Of a DNA stretch of 64,000 nucleotides, positions 34,083 through 43,697 are shown piece by piece. The number at the start of each line of letters is the position of its first letter. Within the stretch, counting starts at the first letter, position 1. Made by a program: the position numbers and the translations under genes. The DNA comes from Acidobacteriota bacterium (GTDB lineage: Bacteria > Acidobacteriota > Blastocatellia > Pyrinomonadales > Pyrinomonadaceae), in NCBI GenBank assembly GCA_046733695.1, contig JBKPPU010000273.1:2085-66084 (forward strand), given 5' to 3'. A model generated the notes under the pieces. The model was given only the letters and a program-made list of their open reading frames with translations, was not told the origin of the DNA and ran no database searches.

Positions 34083-34415
34083 GTGGCGAAGGACCGCACA
34101 GATCTGATGCAGGGCACGCTGGAGTTGTTGATTCTGAAAACTCTGGAGCGTGAATCGTTGCACGGGTATGGGATAGTGCAGAGAATTCACGAATCTGCCG
34201 AAGACTTACTCAAGGTTGAAGATGGATCGCTGTATCCGGCGCTCTACCGCATGCAGGAACGCGGTTGGATCAAGTCAGAGTGGGGAGTTTCAGAAAACAA
34301 CCGTCGCGCCAGATTTTACAAACTGACCAGAGCCGGACAAAAACAACTCGAACGTGAGCGCGCCAACTGGGAACGCGTGTCAAAAGCGATTTCCAGAATC
34401 TTACAAACTGCCTGA
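34083..34415 (+). CDS. PadR family transcriptional regulator
   Basis: GTLELLILKTLERESLHGYGIVQRI...GSLYPALYRMQERGWIKSEW...RFYKLTRAGQKQL. Confidence 0.9.
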   Translation: MAKDRTDLMQGTLELLILKTLERESLHGYGIVQRIHESAEDLLKVEDGSLYPALYRMQERGWIKSEWGVSENNRRARFYKLTRAGQKQLERERANWERVSKAISRILQTA

Positions 34416-34423
34416 ACGCATCG

Positions 34424-34846
34424 ATGAACTACTTACTAACACGCTTACAAAAGCCCACGGAGCTCGAGCTGGATGTTGAAGAGGAGTTGCGTCTTCATAT
34501 TGATTTGCTTCTGCGTGACAACATTCGACGAGGCATGTCTCCCGAAGAAGCTCGGACCGCAACGCTGAAACGGTTCGGAAATCTCGACAGAGTCAAGAAC
34601 GAGTGTGTGGAGATATGCAGACGAAGCCGCCCGCTTCAACGCGCGGTTAAGTTAGGTGTGATTCTTCTTATTCTGACCGGACTTATCGTGCGTATTACCA
34701 GCACAGATTTTCATGTAGGCCGTATCGGTAACACACTGATTATGATCGCTATCACAGGCCGTTTATTACTTTATGTCCGCAGTCTGACTCCGTCACGTTT
34801 TCTCCCAAGAAACAAAACGACTTCGTTCTCACTCTTCAATAACTGA
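34424..34846 (+). CDS. 'Permease prefix' domain protein with TM segments (stand-alone)
   Basis: ELDVEEELRLHIDLLLRDNIRRGMSPEEARTATLKRFGNLDRVKNE is the N-terminal prefix normally fused to acidobacterial MacB-like duplicated permeases. Here it is followed only by two hydrophobic helices. Confidence 0.6.
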   Translation: MNYLLTRLQKPTELELDVEEELRLHIDLLLRDNIRRGMSPEEARTATLKRFGNLDRVKNECVEICRRSRPLQRAVKLGVILLILTGLIVRITSTDFHVGRIGNTLIMIAITGRLLLYVRSLTPSRFLPRNKTTSFSLFNN

Positions 34847-34854
34847 GAATCCGA

Positions 34855-35727
34855 ATGCTCGCCATCGAAGGCTTGAATAAGACCTACCAGAGCGGCGTTC
34901 ACGCACTGAAAAGCATTAATCTCGAAGTACCCCCGGGGATGTTCGGACTGCTGGGGCCGAATGGCGCCGGCAAGACGACGCTCATGAAAATTCTGGCAAC
35001 GCTGCTGGAGCCTGATTCGGGCACGGTGCGGATGCGCGACACCGACCTCATCTCGAACAAGCATCGAGCGCGAATGCTGCTTGGTTATCTGCCACAGGAT
35101 TTCGGATTTTATCCCAGTCTAACAGCCGAACAGACGCTCCATTACTTCGCGAGACTGAAAGGTGTTCACGACAGAAAGGAGCGTCACTCCCTGGTCAACG
35201 CTTTACTGGAAAGAGTAAACCTCGAAAGCGCGCGCAAACAGAAAGTGGGCGGATTCTCGGGTGGCATGCGGCAACGCCTGGGGATCGCGCAAGCGCTGAT
35301 CGGAAAGCCCGCTCTGCTGATCGTCGATGAGCCGACTGCAGGTCTCGATCCCGAAGAGCGAGCGCGTTTTCACAACCTGCTCGCGGAAACGTTTGCCGAA
35401 GAGAGTGTAGTGCTTCTTTCGACACATATCGTCTCCGACGTTTCAAACCTCTGCTCAAACATGGCCATCATCCGGCAGGGCCAGATCATCGCCTCGTGCG
35501 TTCCATCTCAAGCCATCAAGGAGTTGACCGACTCAGTTTGGGAAGCAACGTTAACTCGAGAACAGGTCGATCGAGTGAAGCCTCGTTGCAAACTACTTTC
35601 CTCACACATGTATAACGGCATGATGCGCATCCGAGTCGTCTCGCCGAGTGAACGACCTGGGGAAGAATTCAATCAGGTCACGCCGACAATAGAAGACTAC
35701 TACTTCAGCCTGGTCTCTCAGTCGTGA
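34855..35727 (+). CDS. ABC transporter ATP-binding protein (ABC-2 type exporter)
   Basis: Walker A GLLGPNGAGKTT, signature FSGGMRQRLGIAQAL, Walker B LLIVDEPTAGLD. Confidence 0.9.
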   Translation: MLAIEGLNKTYQSGVHALKSINLEVPPGMFGLLGPNGAGKTTLMKILATLLEPDSGTVRMRDTDLISNKHRARMLLGYLPQDFGFYPSLTAEQTLHYFARLKGVHDRKERHSLVNALLERVNLESARKQKVGGFSGGMRQRLGIAQALIGKPALLIVDEPTAGLDPEERARFHNLLAETFAEESVVLLSTHIVSDVSNLCSNMAIIRQGQIIASCVPSQAIKELTDSVWEATLTREQVDRVKPRCKLLSSHMYNGMMRIRVVSPSERPGEEFNQVTPTIEDYYFSLVSQS

Positions 35728-37466
35728 TGGCCCATCCATTTCACACCGCCTTCTTTACCGTATTTCGCACTGAGGTTCTGCTTAACTCGAGGCGGGTGGC
35801 CCCATATCTTATGGCCTTGCTTTGTAGTGGTAATGCACTTCTTTGGTGGGCGCGGGGCCCGGCCCACGGAAGGGGCCTGGCGACAAACAGCGAGGCGTTC
35901 ATTGCCGGCGTTTTGCCGATCTATTCGTTCATGACGCTGCCGTTGTTTACAGCCGTGATCATGGCAGATCCGGTTATCCGAGATTACCGCGCAGAGATCG
36001 GGCCATTAATTTTTTCAAAGCCTGTGGGCCGCGCGATCTATCTTCTGGGAAAATTCTTCGGCAGCTTCTTTGTGCTCGTCTGCGGTCAGGCGGCTTTCGT
36101 AATAACGTTGTTCGTGCTGCAGTGGTTCAGCGGGCCAGGCGTGACGCAGTTGCCGGAGGTGAAAGTCTTCCCTTACCTCAAACACTTCCTGGTCTTTGTC
36201 GTTATTTCTCACCTGGTTTTGGCTGCGATCTACTTTGCCGTCGGAACGCTGACGCGGAATGCCAAAATCGTATATGCACTCGGGGTTTGTTTTTATCCGC
36301 TCATCATCTGCTACAACCTTTTCTTCCTGAATGGCCTGCCGTCGCTTTGGCAACGGACGCTCGATCCTCTGCTCATGAGGTGGGGCCAAAGAAGAGGCAG
36401 CAACGTTCACACGCTCAGTGCTGAGAGGTTCAATTCGTTGGTTGTTACCTATAACTGGGAGCTGATTACCAACCGCGCGGTGATGTTGTTGATTGCCGCG
36501 GGAATACTCACACTGGTTTATCGTCGCTTCATCATTGGCGAGCCGCCGCAAAAGGTTCATTTCTCGTTTCTCAACCTTTCGACAGCAAGCGAGAGGATTT
36601 CGTTCGAATCCGAAATCACCTGGGACGAGATCGATCGCGAAGCTCGTCGAACACCCGTTACTATTCCAAGCGTCAACAGCGACAACAGCGGTATTCGCGC
36701 GGGCTTTAGAAAACTCGGCGCGGCCCTCGCCACTGAATTTCGTTTGCTTCTTGCTGAACGCAGCCTTGTGGCGATCATTCCCATTGCGGTGTTGCTCTCG
36801 ACGATGGAAGTTATTTTTTGGCCTGCGCGAGGCGAAGGGTCCTACACAGCAGCATACGTCGCCAACATTGCCGGGAATTCGCTGCTCTTCATGATCGGCA
36901 TCAGCATCTTCTACATCGGAGAGGCTCTGCAACGCGATCGGGATTTGAACGTTGAGTCACTAGTTTGGAGTCAGCCGATTTCAAACTTCGTGCTGCTGTT
37001 TTCTAAATTCCTTGCGACGCTCTCGCTGGTATGCATTCTCCTGGTTTCGGTGGGTTTGATCGCGGTGATGACGCAAACATTGAAGGGGAACTGGCCAGTT
37101 GAGTTGACGACGTACTTACGAGTTTACTTCTGGATCCTGATTCCGAATGCGATCTTCCTCAGCGCGATAGCAACGTTCCTCAAAGTTCTCCTGCACGATC
37201 GCTATCTTGCTTACACGGCGGCGATTGGGATCGGCATCGGGCTCTTCTACCTGTACAGCCAGGGCTACAACGGCTGGCTCTACAATCCGCTGCTGTTTAG
37301 AGTTTGGAAGTGTGAAGATTTACTGGGTGGTAATAATCTCTCTCAAATCGCGCAACACAGGATGTATGTTCTGATCGTCGCGCTCGTTTGTCTTGGCCTC
37401 GCACATCTCTTCTATCAACGCCGCTCCACCGGGGTCACATCACGGCAACGTTCTAACATCAATTAA
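35724..37466 (+). CDS. ABC-2 family exporter permease, large multi-TM protein
   Basis: 580-aa hydrophobic ORF. Its start (GTGATG) overlaps the ATPase gene stop. Confidence 0.7.
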   Translation: MMAHPFHTAFFTVFRTEVLLNSRRVAPYLMALLCSGNALLWWARGPAHGRGLATNSEAFIAGVLPIYSFMTLPLFTAVIMADPVIRDYRAEIGPLIFSKPVGRAIYLLGKFFGSFFVLVCGQAAFVITLFVLQWFSGPGVTQLPEVKVFPYLKHFLVFVVISHLVLAAIYFAVGTLTRNAKIVYALGVCFYPLIICYNLFFLNGLPSLWQRTLDPLLMRWGQRRGSNVHTLSAERFNSLVVTYNWELITNRAVMLLIAAGILTLVYRRFIIGEPPQKVHFSFLNLSTASERISFESEITWDEIDREARRTPVTIPSVNSDNSGIRAGFRKLGAALATEFRLLLAERSLVAIIPIAVLLSTMEVIFWPARGEGSYTAAYVANIAGNSLLFMIGISIFYIGEALQRDRDLNVESLVWSQPISNFVLLFSKFLATLSLVCILLVSVGLIAVMTQTLKGNWPVELTTYLRVYFWILIPNAIFLSAIATFLKVLLHDRYLAYTAAIGIGIGLFYLYSQGYNGWLYNPLLFRVWKCEDLLGGNNLSQIAQHRMYVLIVALVCLGLAHLFYQRRSTGVTSRQRSNIN

Positions 37467-37468
37467 CG

Positions 37469-38191
37469 CTATTGCAACGTCACTCGACCGCGTGGACAGT
37501 CGATGGTCGCGGTTAGCGCGACGTTCGGAGCAGCCTTCACCTCCACGTCGAGCGCTAAGGCACGTAACATCTTGCGAATGGGTTCCGGGTTGGGATGCTC
37601 TGCTTGGAGTGCGACCAGAGTGGCTCCTTTCGCGGCGGTGCTGGCGGGATGTGGTGACTGGCCCCAGTCGATGAGAAAAGGAATGAGACCGTCACCAAGC
37701 TGCAAGCCGGGATCTGTGAATTGCCAGGACAACTCAATGCCGTCGGGACGGCGGCGGCTTCCGGACAATACGTCACCGTATGGCACGCCTGAACGAACGG
37801 CTTCATTTCTGTATTGGCTGATATCGTTTGCTTTGATGGCCCAGGCGACGAGCCCTGGCTGCTCCAGTTTGTCGAGGTGAAATGATCGTGGCTGCTTCGG
37901 TGTTGGCTGCTGTGGATCGGGCGCGATGATTTCGAGATAAGAAGTTGGCCCAAGAGCTATTAAGGCGTTACGCGTGCCGCGACCGGGATGCTGCCCGCCC
38001 GGTGTTGCGCGAACACCAAGCAATTGTTCGATCTCGTTGATGCCACGATCCAAATCAGTCGTGGCGTATACGAGATGATCGACTCTGGACAACATGTTCT
38101 GTGGTTTCCGATTTTGACTGTGTGAACCAAAAGGCAACACCATCAACAACAGCAAAAGACTACAACAAATGTAGTTTAGTTTATGTCTCAA
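37469..38191 (-). CDS. VOC/glyoxalase-like domain protein with signal peptide
   Basis: VDHLVYATTDLDRGINEIEQLLGVRATPGGQHPGRGTRNALIALG pattern (Glyoxalase-like domain). Confidence 0.65.
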   Translation of the reverse strand: MRHKLNYICCSLLLLLMVLPFGSHSQNRKPQNMLSRVDHLVYATTDLDRGINEIEQLLGVRATPGGQHPGRGTRNALIALGPTSYLEIIAPDPQQPTPKQPRSFHLDKLEQPGLVAWAIKANDISQYRNEAVRSGVPYGDVLSGSRRRPDGIELSWQFTDPGLQLGDGLIPFLIDWGQSPHPASTAAKGATLVALQAEHPNPEPIRKMLRALALDVEVKAAPNVALTATIDCPRGRVTLQ

Positions 38192-38194
38192 CTC

Positions 38195-38722
38195 TCAGTC
38201 CTTGTACCGCTTCACCGGTTCGAGCCAGACGATAAAGCTCAACTTCTGGTCTCGGTACTCGCCCGTGATCTCCCAGCAGCCGGGAGTGGGGACATACACG
38301 CCGACCAGCATCGCGGCTGCCGGGCCGGGAAATGCGTTCGTCGTCGGCAGCGTCAGAAGTGGTGGCGCTGGTCCATCGAGTCGTCTGCCCGTGACTTTTA
38401 GTTTCGGGCGCCATTCTTTGTCCCACTTAAAATCTACGCTCGCCCAAAAAAGCTTTTCGGTTAAAGGCTGGACCTCGTTTTCGTGTCCTCGTTTGTGCGG
38501 CGCCCAGTACCAGACGCCTGATTTCCGAAGACCGACCCACAGCTTTTCCGTCCCCAGCAGAAAGCTCCTCTCGCCCTCACCTGCGTCAAAGGGACTGGGA
38601 GGTACGAATCGCGGCTCCGGTGGACCTGTAACCGGGCATGAGGCTGGTGGTGTAAAAGGCTGCTGAGCACTTGCAGTCAAAGCAAGCAAGGAAGTCAAAA
38701 AGACTAGTCGCAAAACCGTCAT
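38195..38722 (-). CDS. Secreted hypothetical protein
   Basis: 175-aa ORF with signal peptide MTVLRLVFLTSLLALTASAQ. No recognised domain. Confidence 0.5.
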   Translation of the reverse strand: MTVLRLVFLTSLLALTASAQQPFTPPASCPVTGPPEPRFVPPSPFDAGEGERSFLLGTEKLWVGLRKSGVWYWAPHKRGHENEVQPLTEKLFWASVDFKWDKEWRPKLKVTGRRLDGPAPPLLTLPTTNAFPGPAAAMLVGVYVPTPGCWEITGEYRDQKLSFIVWLEPVKRYKD

Positions 38723-38909
38723 TGCCTGATCCTCCTTATCAAATCTGTGAAGATGGCATCTTGAAGCTTCTACGCTTTGCGGTGACGGCTAGTCTATTCC
38801 TCACCAACCGGCAAGGCAATAAGAATTCCACTGGTGTCTTATTTGGATTTCTACCAGAATTTCCTTTCAAAGATTGCCATCGCCCAGACCGTGTACTACC
38901 ATCAACCGC

Positions 38910-39569
38910 ATGAAACTTTCATCTCTGGTACTTACAGTTCTCCTGCTGCTATGTTTCTCCACTCAGCCGCAAACAACGGTTCCTGATGACGCAGAAATCA
39001 AAAACGGTGTGTACTACAACGCGTTCTTTAATTTTTCTTTCGCTTACCCGAAAGACTGGGTTGTTCCCGACGAAGCACTCAAGAAACGTCTACAAGACCG
39101 CGCTAATGAATCGGCGGTGAAGTCGGGCAATTCGGCCTACATGAAGGATGCATATTTACTTCTTACAGTTTCTCGGCAGCCACTCGGGACACCAAGCAAC
39201 CGACTCAACCCCAGCATTCTTGTGGCTACAGAAAAAATAAGTCATGTACCCGGTAACCCTAGCGCGAAAGATTTTCTGCTCGGATACCGGTCCGTGAAAT
39301 TGCAGATGGGTTTACAGTCTACGCTGGCTGAACCGGTGCCCTTCCGCGTACCAGGGTTTCAGTTTTTTCGCGACGATTATGCCGGCACCGTCAATGGTGT
39401 CTCGATAAGACAATCCACTTTCGTCCATTTCAGAAAAGGCTATGCGATTGTATTTACCTTCACCGGTGAAGACGAGAAAGCCGTCGTGGAAATGGCAAAG
39501 ACCATGCAGACCATCGCTCCTTTCGGGAGCGTCCCCCGAGTTACGATAAGCGATAATCCGCCAAAATAA
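38910..39569 (+). CDS. Secreted hypothetical protein
   Basis: Signal peptide MKLSSLVLTVLLLLCFSTQ from ATG 38910. No recognised domain. Confidence 0.5.
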   Translation: MKLSSLVLTVLLLLCFSTQPQTTVPDDAEIKNGVYYNAFFNFSFAYPKDWVVPDEALKKRLQDRANESAVKSGNSAYMKDAYLLLTVSRQPLGTPSNRLNPSILVATEKISHVPGNPSAKDFLLGYRSVKLQMGLQSTLAEPVPFRVPGFQFFRDDYAGTVNGVSIRQSTFVHFRKGYAIVFTFTGEDEKAVVEMAKTMQTIAPFGSVPRVTISDNPPK

Positions 39570-39720
39570 TGGTCCAATTCCAAGATTTTGCACGCACAAA
39601 CTCACAGAACATTTACATCGTTTTTTAAGTATTAGACAGACAGTCTTCCCGGACTATCCAAGCACACCTTTATTCCGAAATTTTCGGAATACCTGCCAGA
39701 TTTTGGAGAGGAGCACCGCG

Positions 39721-41274
39721 ATGAAGCTCAAACTGTTTGTCGTTGCCACACTACTAACTCTGCTAGCGTTCGCTGCTGCGAGTGCACAGCAACTCGACGC
39801 TTCACAACGTTCATACCAGCAAGCTCGCCGCGTACTCGACGATGCAATCACGGCGCACGGCGGAGTCGAAGCGTTACGCGAAGTAAAAGATTTCACTCTC
39901 AAAGAGAAAGGCAAACTCCACGCTCGCTATCAAAGCCCGGCGGCGGAACCTCCGTTTGTCGTCGGCGCCTCGGAAGAAACTCTGATCGTCGATACTGACC
40001 GTGGATTTGTCTACGATGATTTGAAGACGTCCAATGCAGGATTCAACAACTGGAACCGCACCGTCATTAAAGGTACGGAAGGTCAGAACTATGACATGTG
40101 GTCCAGGACGGAGACGCCAATCGCAAATGCTAATGCGAACAACTTCCGGCCACAGATGCGTCGCCTGCCTGTGTACGTTTTACTCGAGGCATTGGACCGC
40201 GCCGCAACTCTGCGGTACCTCGGTGAAGAGGAATTTGCAGGCAGGAAACAAAAAGTTATCAGCGTCATCCGGCCGGATAATCAACAGCTCGCGCTTTCGT
40301 TTGACGCGCAAACCAACCTGTTGACCAAGTATGGTTATCTTTACGCCGATCCAATCACGGGCGACTCGGAGATCGCGCAGAGTTATTCAAACTATCGCAC
40401 GGTCGGAAAGTTGAAACTGCCGGGCGCGCGGGTTCTCTACAACTCTGGTGGAGTTGTTCAGGAAGCTGAATACGTCGATATCCAGATCAACACGAAGCCG
40501 GCAGACAGCGTATTCAAAGGTCCCGACGGATTTGAGAAGCTGGAAGCGGGACCGGCAAATCCACCGCCGCCAGCTGTGGCCAAGATCGCTGACGATGTTT
40601 ACATGCTGAATGGATTAGCTGGCGGCACACATAACATCATGTTCGTTGCCTTCAACGACTACATTCTTGTGCTCGAAGCTCCGGAACAGATTCTCTACAA
40701 CAGCAATTCGGTGCAGGCATTGGCTAAGATCAAGGAGACGGTGCCTGGAAAGCCGATCAAGTATCTGGTCCTGACTCATCACCATTCAGATCACGCGGGT
40801 GGATTTCGCGAGTATGTTGCCGAAGGGGCGACGATTGTAACCACCGCCGGGAACAAGAGTTTTCTTGAAAAAGCGGTCGCGCTGCAGTCGACGTTACTGC
40901 CGAAGTTTTCGCTGCAAAACAAGTTGAAGATCGAGATCGTCGAGAACAAGAAGCGTGTGTTTCAGGACGACAAGCATATCGTGGAGTTGTACGACGTCGG
41001 CCCGAACCCGCACGCGAATGAGATGCTCGTCGCATATTTGCCGAAAGAGAAGATCTTGTTTCAGGCAGATATGCTGAACCCGAACGCGAATGGATCTATC
41101 CCGATCGCTCAGGACACGACAGTCAGTTTCAGCGAGAAGCTGCAACAGTTAGGATTGCAGATCGACAAGATCTACGGCGTACACGGTCGCCCCGCGACAC
41201 CGGAAGAGTTACGAACGTCTATTGAAAAACGACGCTCGTCAGAACTGAAATCCGAGACCTCCGGTCCGAAGTAA
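39721..41274 (+). CDS. MBL-fold metallo-hydrolase with N-terminal secreted domain
   Basis: GGAGAGGAG upstream of ATG 39721, signal peptide MKLKLFVVATLLTLLAFAAASAQ, and metallo-beta-lactamase motif LVLTHHHSDHAGG. Confidence 0.8.
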   Translation: MKLKLFVVATLLTLLAFAAASAQQLDASQRSYQQARRVLDDAITAHGGVEALREVKDFTLKEKGKLHARYQSPAAEPPFVVGASEETLIVDTDRGFVYDDLKTSNAGFNNWNRTVIKGTEGQNYDMWSRTETPIANANANNFRPQMRRLPVYVLLEALDRAATLRYLGEEEFAGRKQKVISVIRPDNQQLALSFDAQTNLLTKYGYLYADPITGDSEIAQSYSNYRTVGKLKLPGARVLYNSGGVVQEAEYVDIQINTKPADSVFKGPDGFEKLEAGPANPPPPAVAKIADDVYMLNGLAGGTHNIMFVAFNDYILVLEAPEQILYNSNSVQALAKIKETVPGKPIKYLVLTHHHSDHAGGFREYVAEGATIVTTAGNKSFLEKAVALQSTLLPKFSLQNKLKIEIVENKKRVFQDDKHIVELYDVGPNPHANEMLVAYLPKEKILFQADMLNPNANGSIPIAQDTTVSFSEKLQQLGLQIDKIYGVHGRPATPEELRTSIEKRRSSELKSETSGPK

Positions 41275-41373
41275 GTTTCGCGCAAAGACGCAAAGAGGAC
41301 GCGAAGGCGCAAAAGACAGAATGGATATTCTTTGCGCCTTTGCGTCCTCTTTGCGTCTTTGCGTGAAACTTAC
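41271..41373. repeat. Family D: 43-bp imperfect inverted repeat built from cgcaaaga units (strong hairpin/terminator)
   Basis: gtaagtttcgcgcaaagacgcaaagaggacgcgaaggcgcaaa / 17-nt loop / tttgcgcctttgcgtcctctttgcgtctttgcgtgaaacttac, with 2 mismatches. The stop codon of the MBL gene lies in the left arm. Confidence 0.85.
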
Positions 41374-41478
41374 TTCCAAAAAACTTTGATCATTCCCAAC
41401 CAATGGTCTAAGATTCGGCCTACCTGCAACACCCCCTTCAATCAATCGATCTCAAAACTTCGTGGGAGGAAGACTGAG

Positions 41479-42570
41479 ATGAATAAAAAGATGCTTGCAC
41501 TGAGTTTACTTGTATTCGCCGCACTCTTCGGCGGGTTCTCTTCACAGCCGAGGGCAGTTTCTGCCGCTAACCCCGTCTCCGTTTACGGAGCGTGGCATTG
41601 CGGAAATGACTTCTGCACGTGGTCCACAGTTCGCAACATGACCGACTTCAACACTCGGAATCAGTGGTTGATTAATCGTGGGGATGGCACGCCATCCGTG
41701 AACCTCGTAGTTTTGAGTTTTGTTCATCCAATGCGACTGCTGAACAAAACAAACGATGCCAGCACTTCGCTAGGCATCCCTATCGGAATGAATCAGGCTG
41801 TGGTTGACTACTTCAAGAGCCGCGGCGTCCGGGTGATGTTGTCAATCGGTGGGATCACGTACACCGACGCATGGAACCAGGCGCTCGCAACCAACCCGGT
41901 TCAGTTCGGCTTGAATGCGGCGGAAGCGGCGCAACGCTTGGGTGTCGGGATCGAGATCGACTACGAAGAAAATACGAACGCAAACCTTACGGGGCTACAG
42001 GCGTTCATCAATGCCTATCGCTCGGTTCTGCCTTACGATGCAACCGGAAACAATCATGCCGCGCGTTTGACGATCGATCTCGCTGCCGGCGACCGCTGGT
42101 TAATTGATATCACACGCAAAGCAACTGGTGATTGGCTGAACACGACAACGCCTGTGTTGGACTACGCGAATGCGATGGTTCCGAGCAGACAACCTAACAG
42201 TGCGGCAACAGCGACGGCTGACTGGCAGGAACACGTTGATGGCAAGCCGCAGTTTGCGCCTCCAATACTGCCGCTCGCGCCCGCGAAGTTTACCGGAGCG
42301 CTGTATATCGTTACGGGCAGTAAACCCGCGCCGGAGTGCGTCAGCTTTACGAGTTCGCTGATCAACTCAACGGGAGCATTCGTGCAAACCGTGTCGCCAA
42401 ACGGTGCGGGCACGACCGGCGGTATGCTCGGCTACATGTTCTGGGCCGCGGAATGTCCGGCGACGAGGCGCATTTGTACAGTGCCACCTAATTCGTGCGA
42501 AGGTGGTGTGGGAGTCGGCGCCACGACTTACGGCATTCCGATTCCGATGCCAGCCCTCAGGCAGAATTGA
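41479..42570 (+). CDS. Secreted GH18-like (chitinase-fold) protein
   Basis: GGGAGGA-N8-ATG, signal peptide MNKKMLALSLLVFAALFGG, VMLSIGG, and a GIEIDYEE motif resembling the GH18 DxxDxDxE catalytic motif. Confidence 0.6.
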   Translation: MNKKMLALSLLVFAALFGGFSSQPRAVSAANPVSVYGAWHCGNDFCTWSTVRNMTDFNTRNQWLINRGDGTPSVNLVVLSFVHPMRLLNKTNDASTSLGIPIGMNQAVVDYFKSRGVRVMLSIGGITYTDAWNQALATNPVQFGLNAAEAAQRLGVGIEIDYEENTNANLTGLQAFINAYRSVLPYDATGNNHAARLTIDLAAGDRWLIDITRKATGDWLNTTTPVLDYANAMVPSRQPNSAATATADWQEHVDGKPQFAPPILPLAPAKFTGALYIVTGSKPAPECVSFTSSLINSTGAFVQTVSPNGAGTTGGMLGYMFWAAECPATRRICTVPPNSCEGGVGVGATTYGIPIPMPALRQN

Positions 42571-42584
42571 GCCACTGATTAAAC

Positions 42585-42616
42585 CGGATCTGTGTAAATC
42601 GATTTACACAGATCCG
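42585..42616. repeat. Perfect 32-bp palindrome related to family A; bidirectional terminator candidate
   Basis: cggatctgtgtaaatc|gatttacacagatccg, between convergent genes. Confidence 0.8.
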
Positions 42617-42619
42617 CGT

Positions 42620-43591
42620 TTATCTGTGTACCTTGTTTTCGCTGATGTACTGCTCCAGCTTTTTTCGATCGGCGTAGTCAGGTTTTTTCTTGAGGAGTTC
42701 TTCGTATTCAACAACGGCCTTGTCTTTTAGTCCAGCCGCGTTGTAGAGCCAACCGAGATCGAGATGGGCTTCTATCTTGCCGAGCTTCCCTGCCTCGTTT
42801 AAATACGGAATCGCTTTGGATCCTTTTTTCAAACGGAGGTAAGCCTCACCCAAAAGCAAATTCGCATCCGGCGACTGCGGTTGCAACTCCACAGCACGCG
42901 TTAACAGCTCGACCGCTTCTTCGAATTTCTTTTGTGTTAGCCGAAACCTGCCGAGGTTGATTAAAGGAAGAGCATACGTGGGCTTGAGGTCGATTGCAGT
43001 CAGATACGCCTGCTCAGCATCCTCAGGTTTTTCCTGTACCAGGTAGAGGGTTCCCAGCAGAGTCCAACACTGAAAATCGTTCTTGTCTTTCTCAACAACT
43101 TGAGTAAGCAGCCTGACCGCGTTCGCGTAATCCTTCTTCTCTACCGCTGCGTGTGCCTTTTCAAACAACGTCTTGTTCGCTGGAGACCGATCATAAAAAT
43201 CCGTTGCCGAAACGACACCGGCATTAATTGTCCGCGCTGCAGGTTTTTCTTTCCATTCAAATTCAAAGTCCTGGCGAATGTCGGACGTCGTGCTGCCGGT
43301 CAGCGTCATCCGCATGCGCGTAATCTCGCCACCGTTAGCTTCGATCGCGAGGTCGTAGTCTCCGGCACGTAGATTCGTGAATCGATAACGTCCTCGACTG
43401 CCAATCGTTTGACGCCCAACGATCTTCGTCGACTGATCGTACAAGACGACGGTGACACTCGAAGGTCCTGCGTGTTCCGCTTTACTGTCATCGATCTTCA
43501 CGTCGCCCCAAAGCGTGTAGCCGCTCTGACTCATTGCCGGCAACGCGGTCAGCAATACTATTAGCACCAGCAGCTTCGGTCGCAGTCTCAT
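42620..43591 (-). CDS. Secreted protein with N-terminal CarboxypepD_reg-like beta-sandwich and C-terminal TPR repeats
   Basis: Signal peptide MRLRPKLLVLIVLLTALPAMSQ, GRYRFTNLRAGDYDL, and several TPR-like repeats (YANAVRLLTQVVEKDKNDFQCWTLLG...). Confidence 0.7.
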   Translation of the reverse strand: MRLRPKLLVLIVLLTALPAMSQSGYTLWGDVKIDDSKAEHAGPSSVTVVLYDQSTKIVGRQTIGSRGRYRFTNLRAGDYDLAIEANGGEITRMRMTLTGSTTSDIRQDFEFEWKEKPAARTINAGVVSATDFYDRSPANKTLFEKAHAAVEKKDYANAVRLLTQVVEKDKNDFQCWTLLGTLYLVQEKPEDAEQAYLTAIDLKPTYALPLINLGRFRLTQKKFEEAVELLTRAVELQPQSPDANLLLGEAYLRLKKGSKAIPYLNEAGKLGKIEAHLDLGWLYNAAGLKDKAVVEYEELLKKKPDYADRKKLEQYISENKVHR

Positions 43592-43638
43592 GTGCGTATT
43601 TTCCATCAAACCGCGGACATTGCAATAGTTTTACGAAC

Positions 43639-43670
43639 AAAAAAAGGGGCTCCCAAACTTCGGGAGCCCC
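43639..43670 (-). terminator. Rho-independent terminator downstream of the TonB-dependent receptor gene
   Basis: The minus strand reads ggggctccc gaagttt gggagcccc followed by ttttttt. Confidence 0.8.
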
Positions 43671-43697
43671 ACAAACATATTGAAGAGTGAAGTTGAG

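Noticed and set aside
35843-36424. 193-aa alternative-frame ORF inside the ABC-2 permease gene.
   Set aside because: It is Arg/Gly/Pro-rich, out of frame within a strongly hydrophobic, well-behaved membrane-protein ORF, and has no independent support.
42571-42583. 13-mer gccactgattaaa, shared with 47644-47656.
   Set aside because: The exact repeat is real and unlikely to be chance, but it is too short and isolated to interpret. It is probably a fragment of the dispersed repeat families and was not reported as a separate feature.
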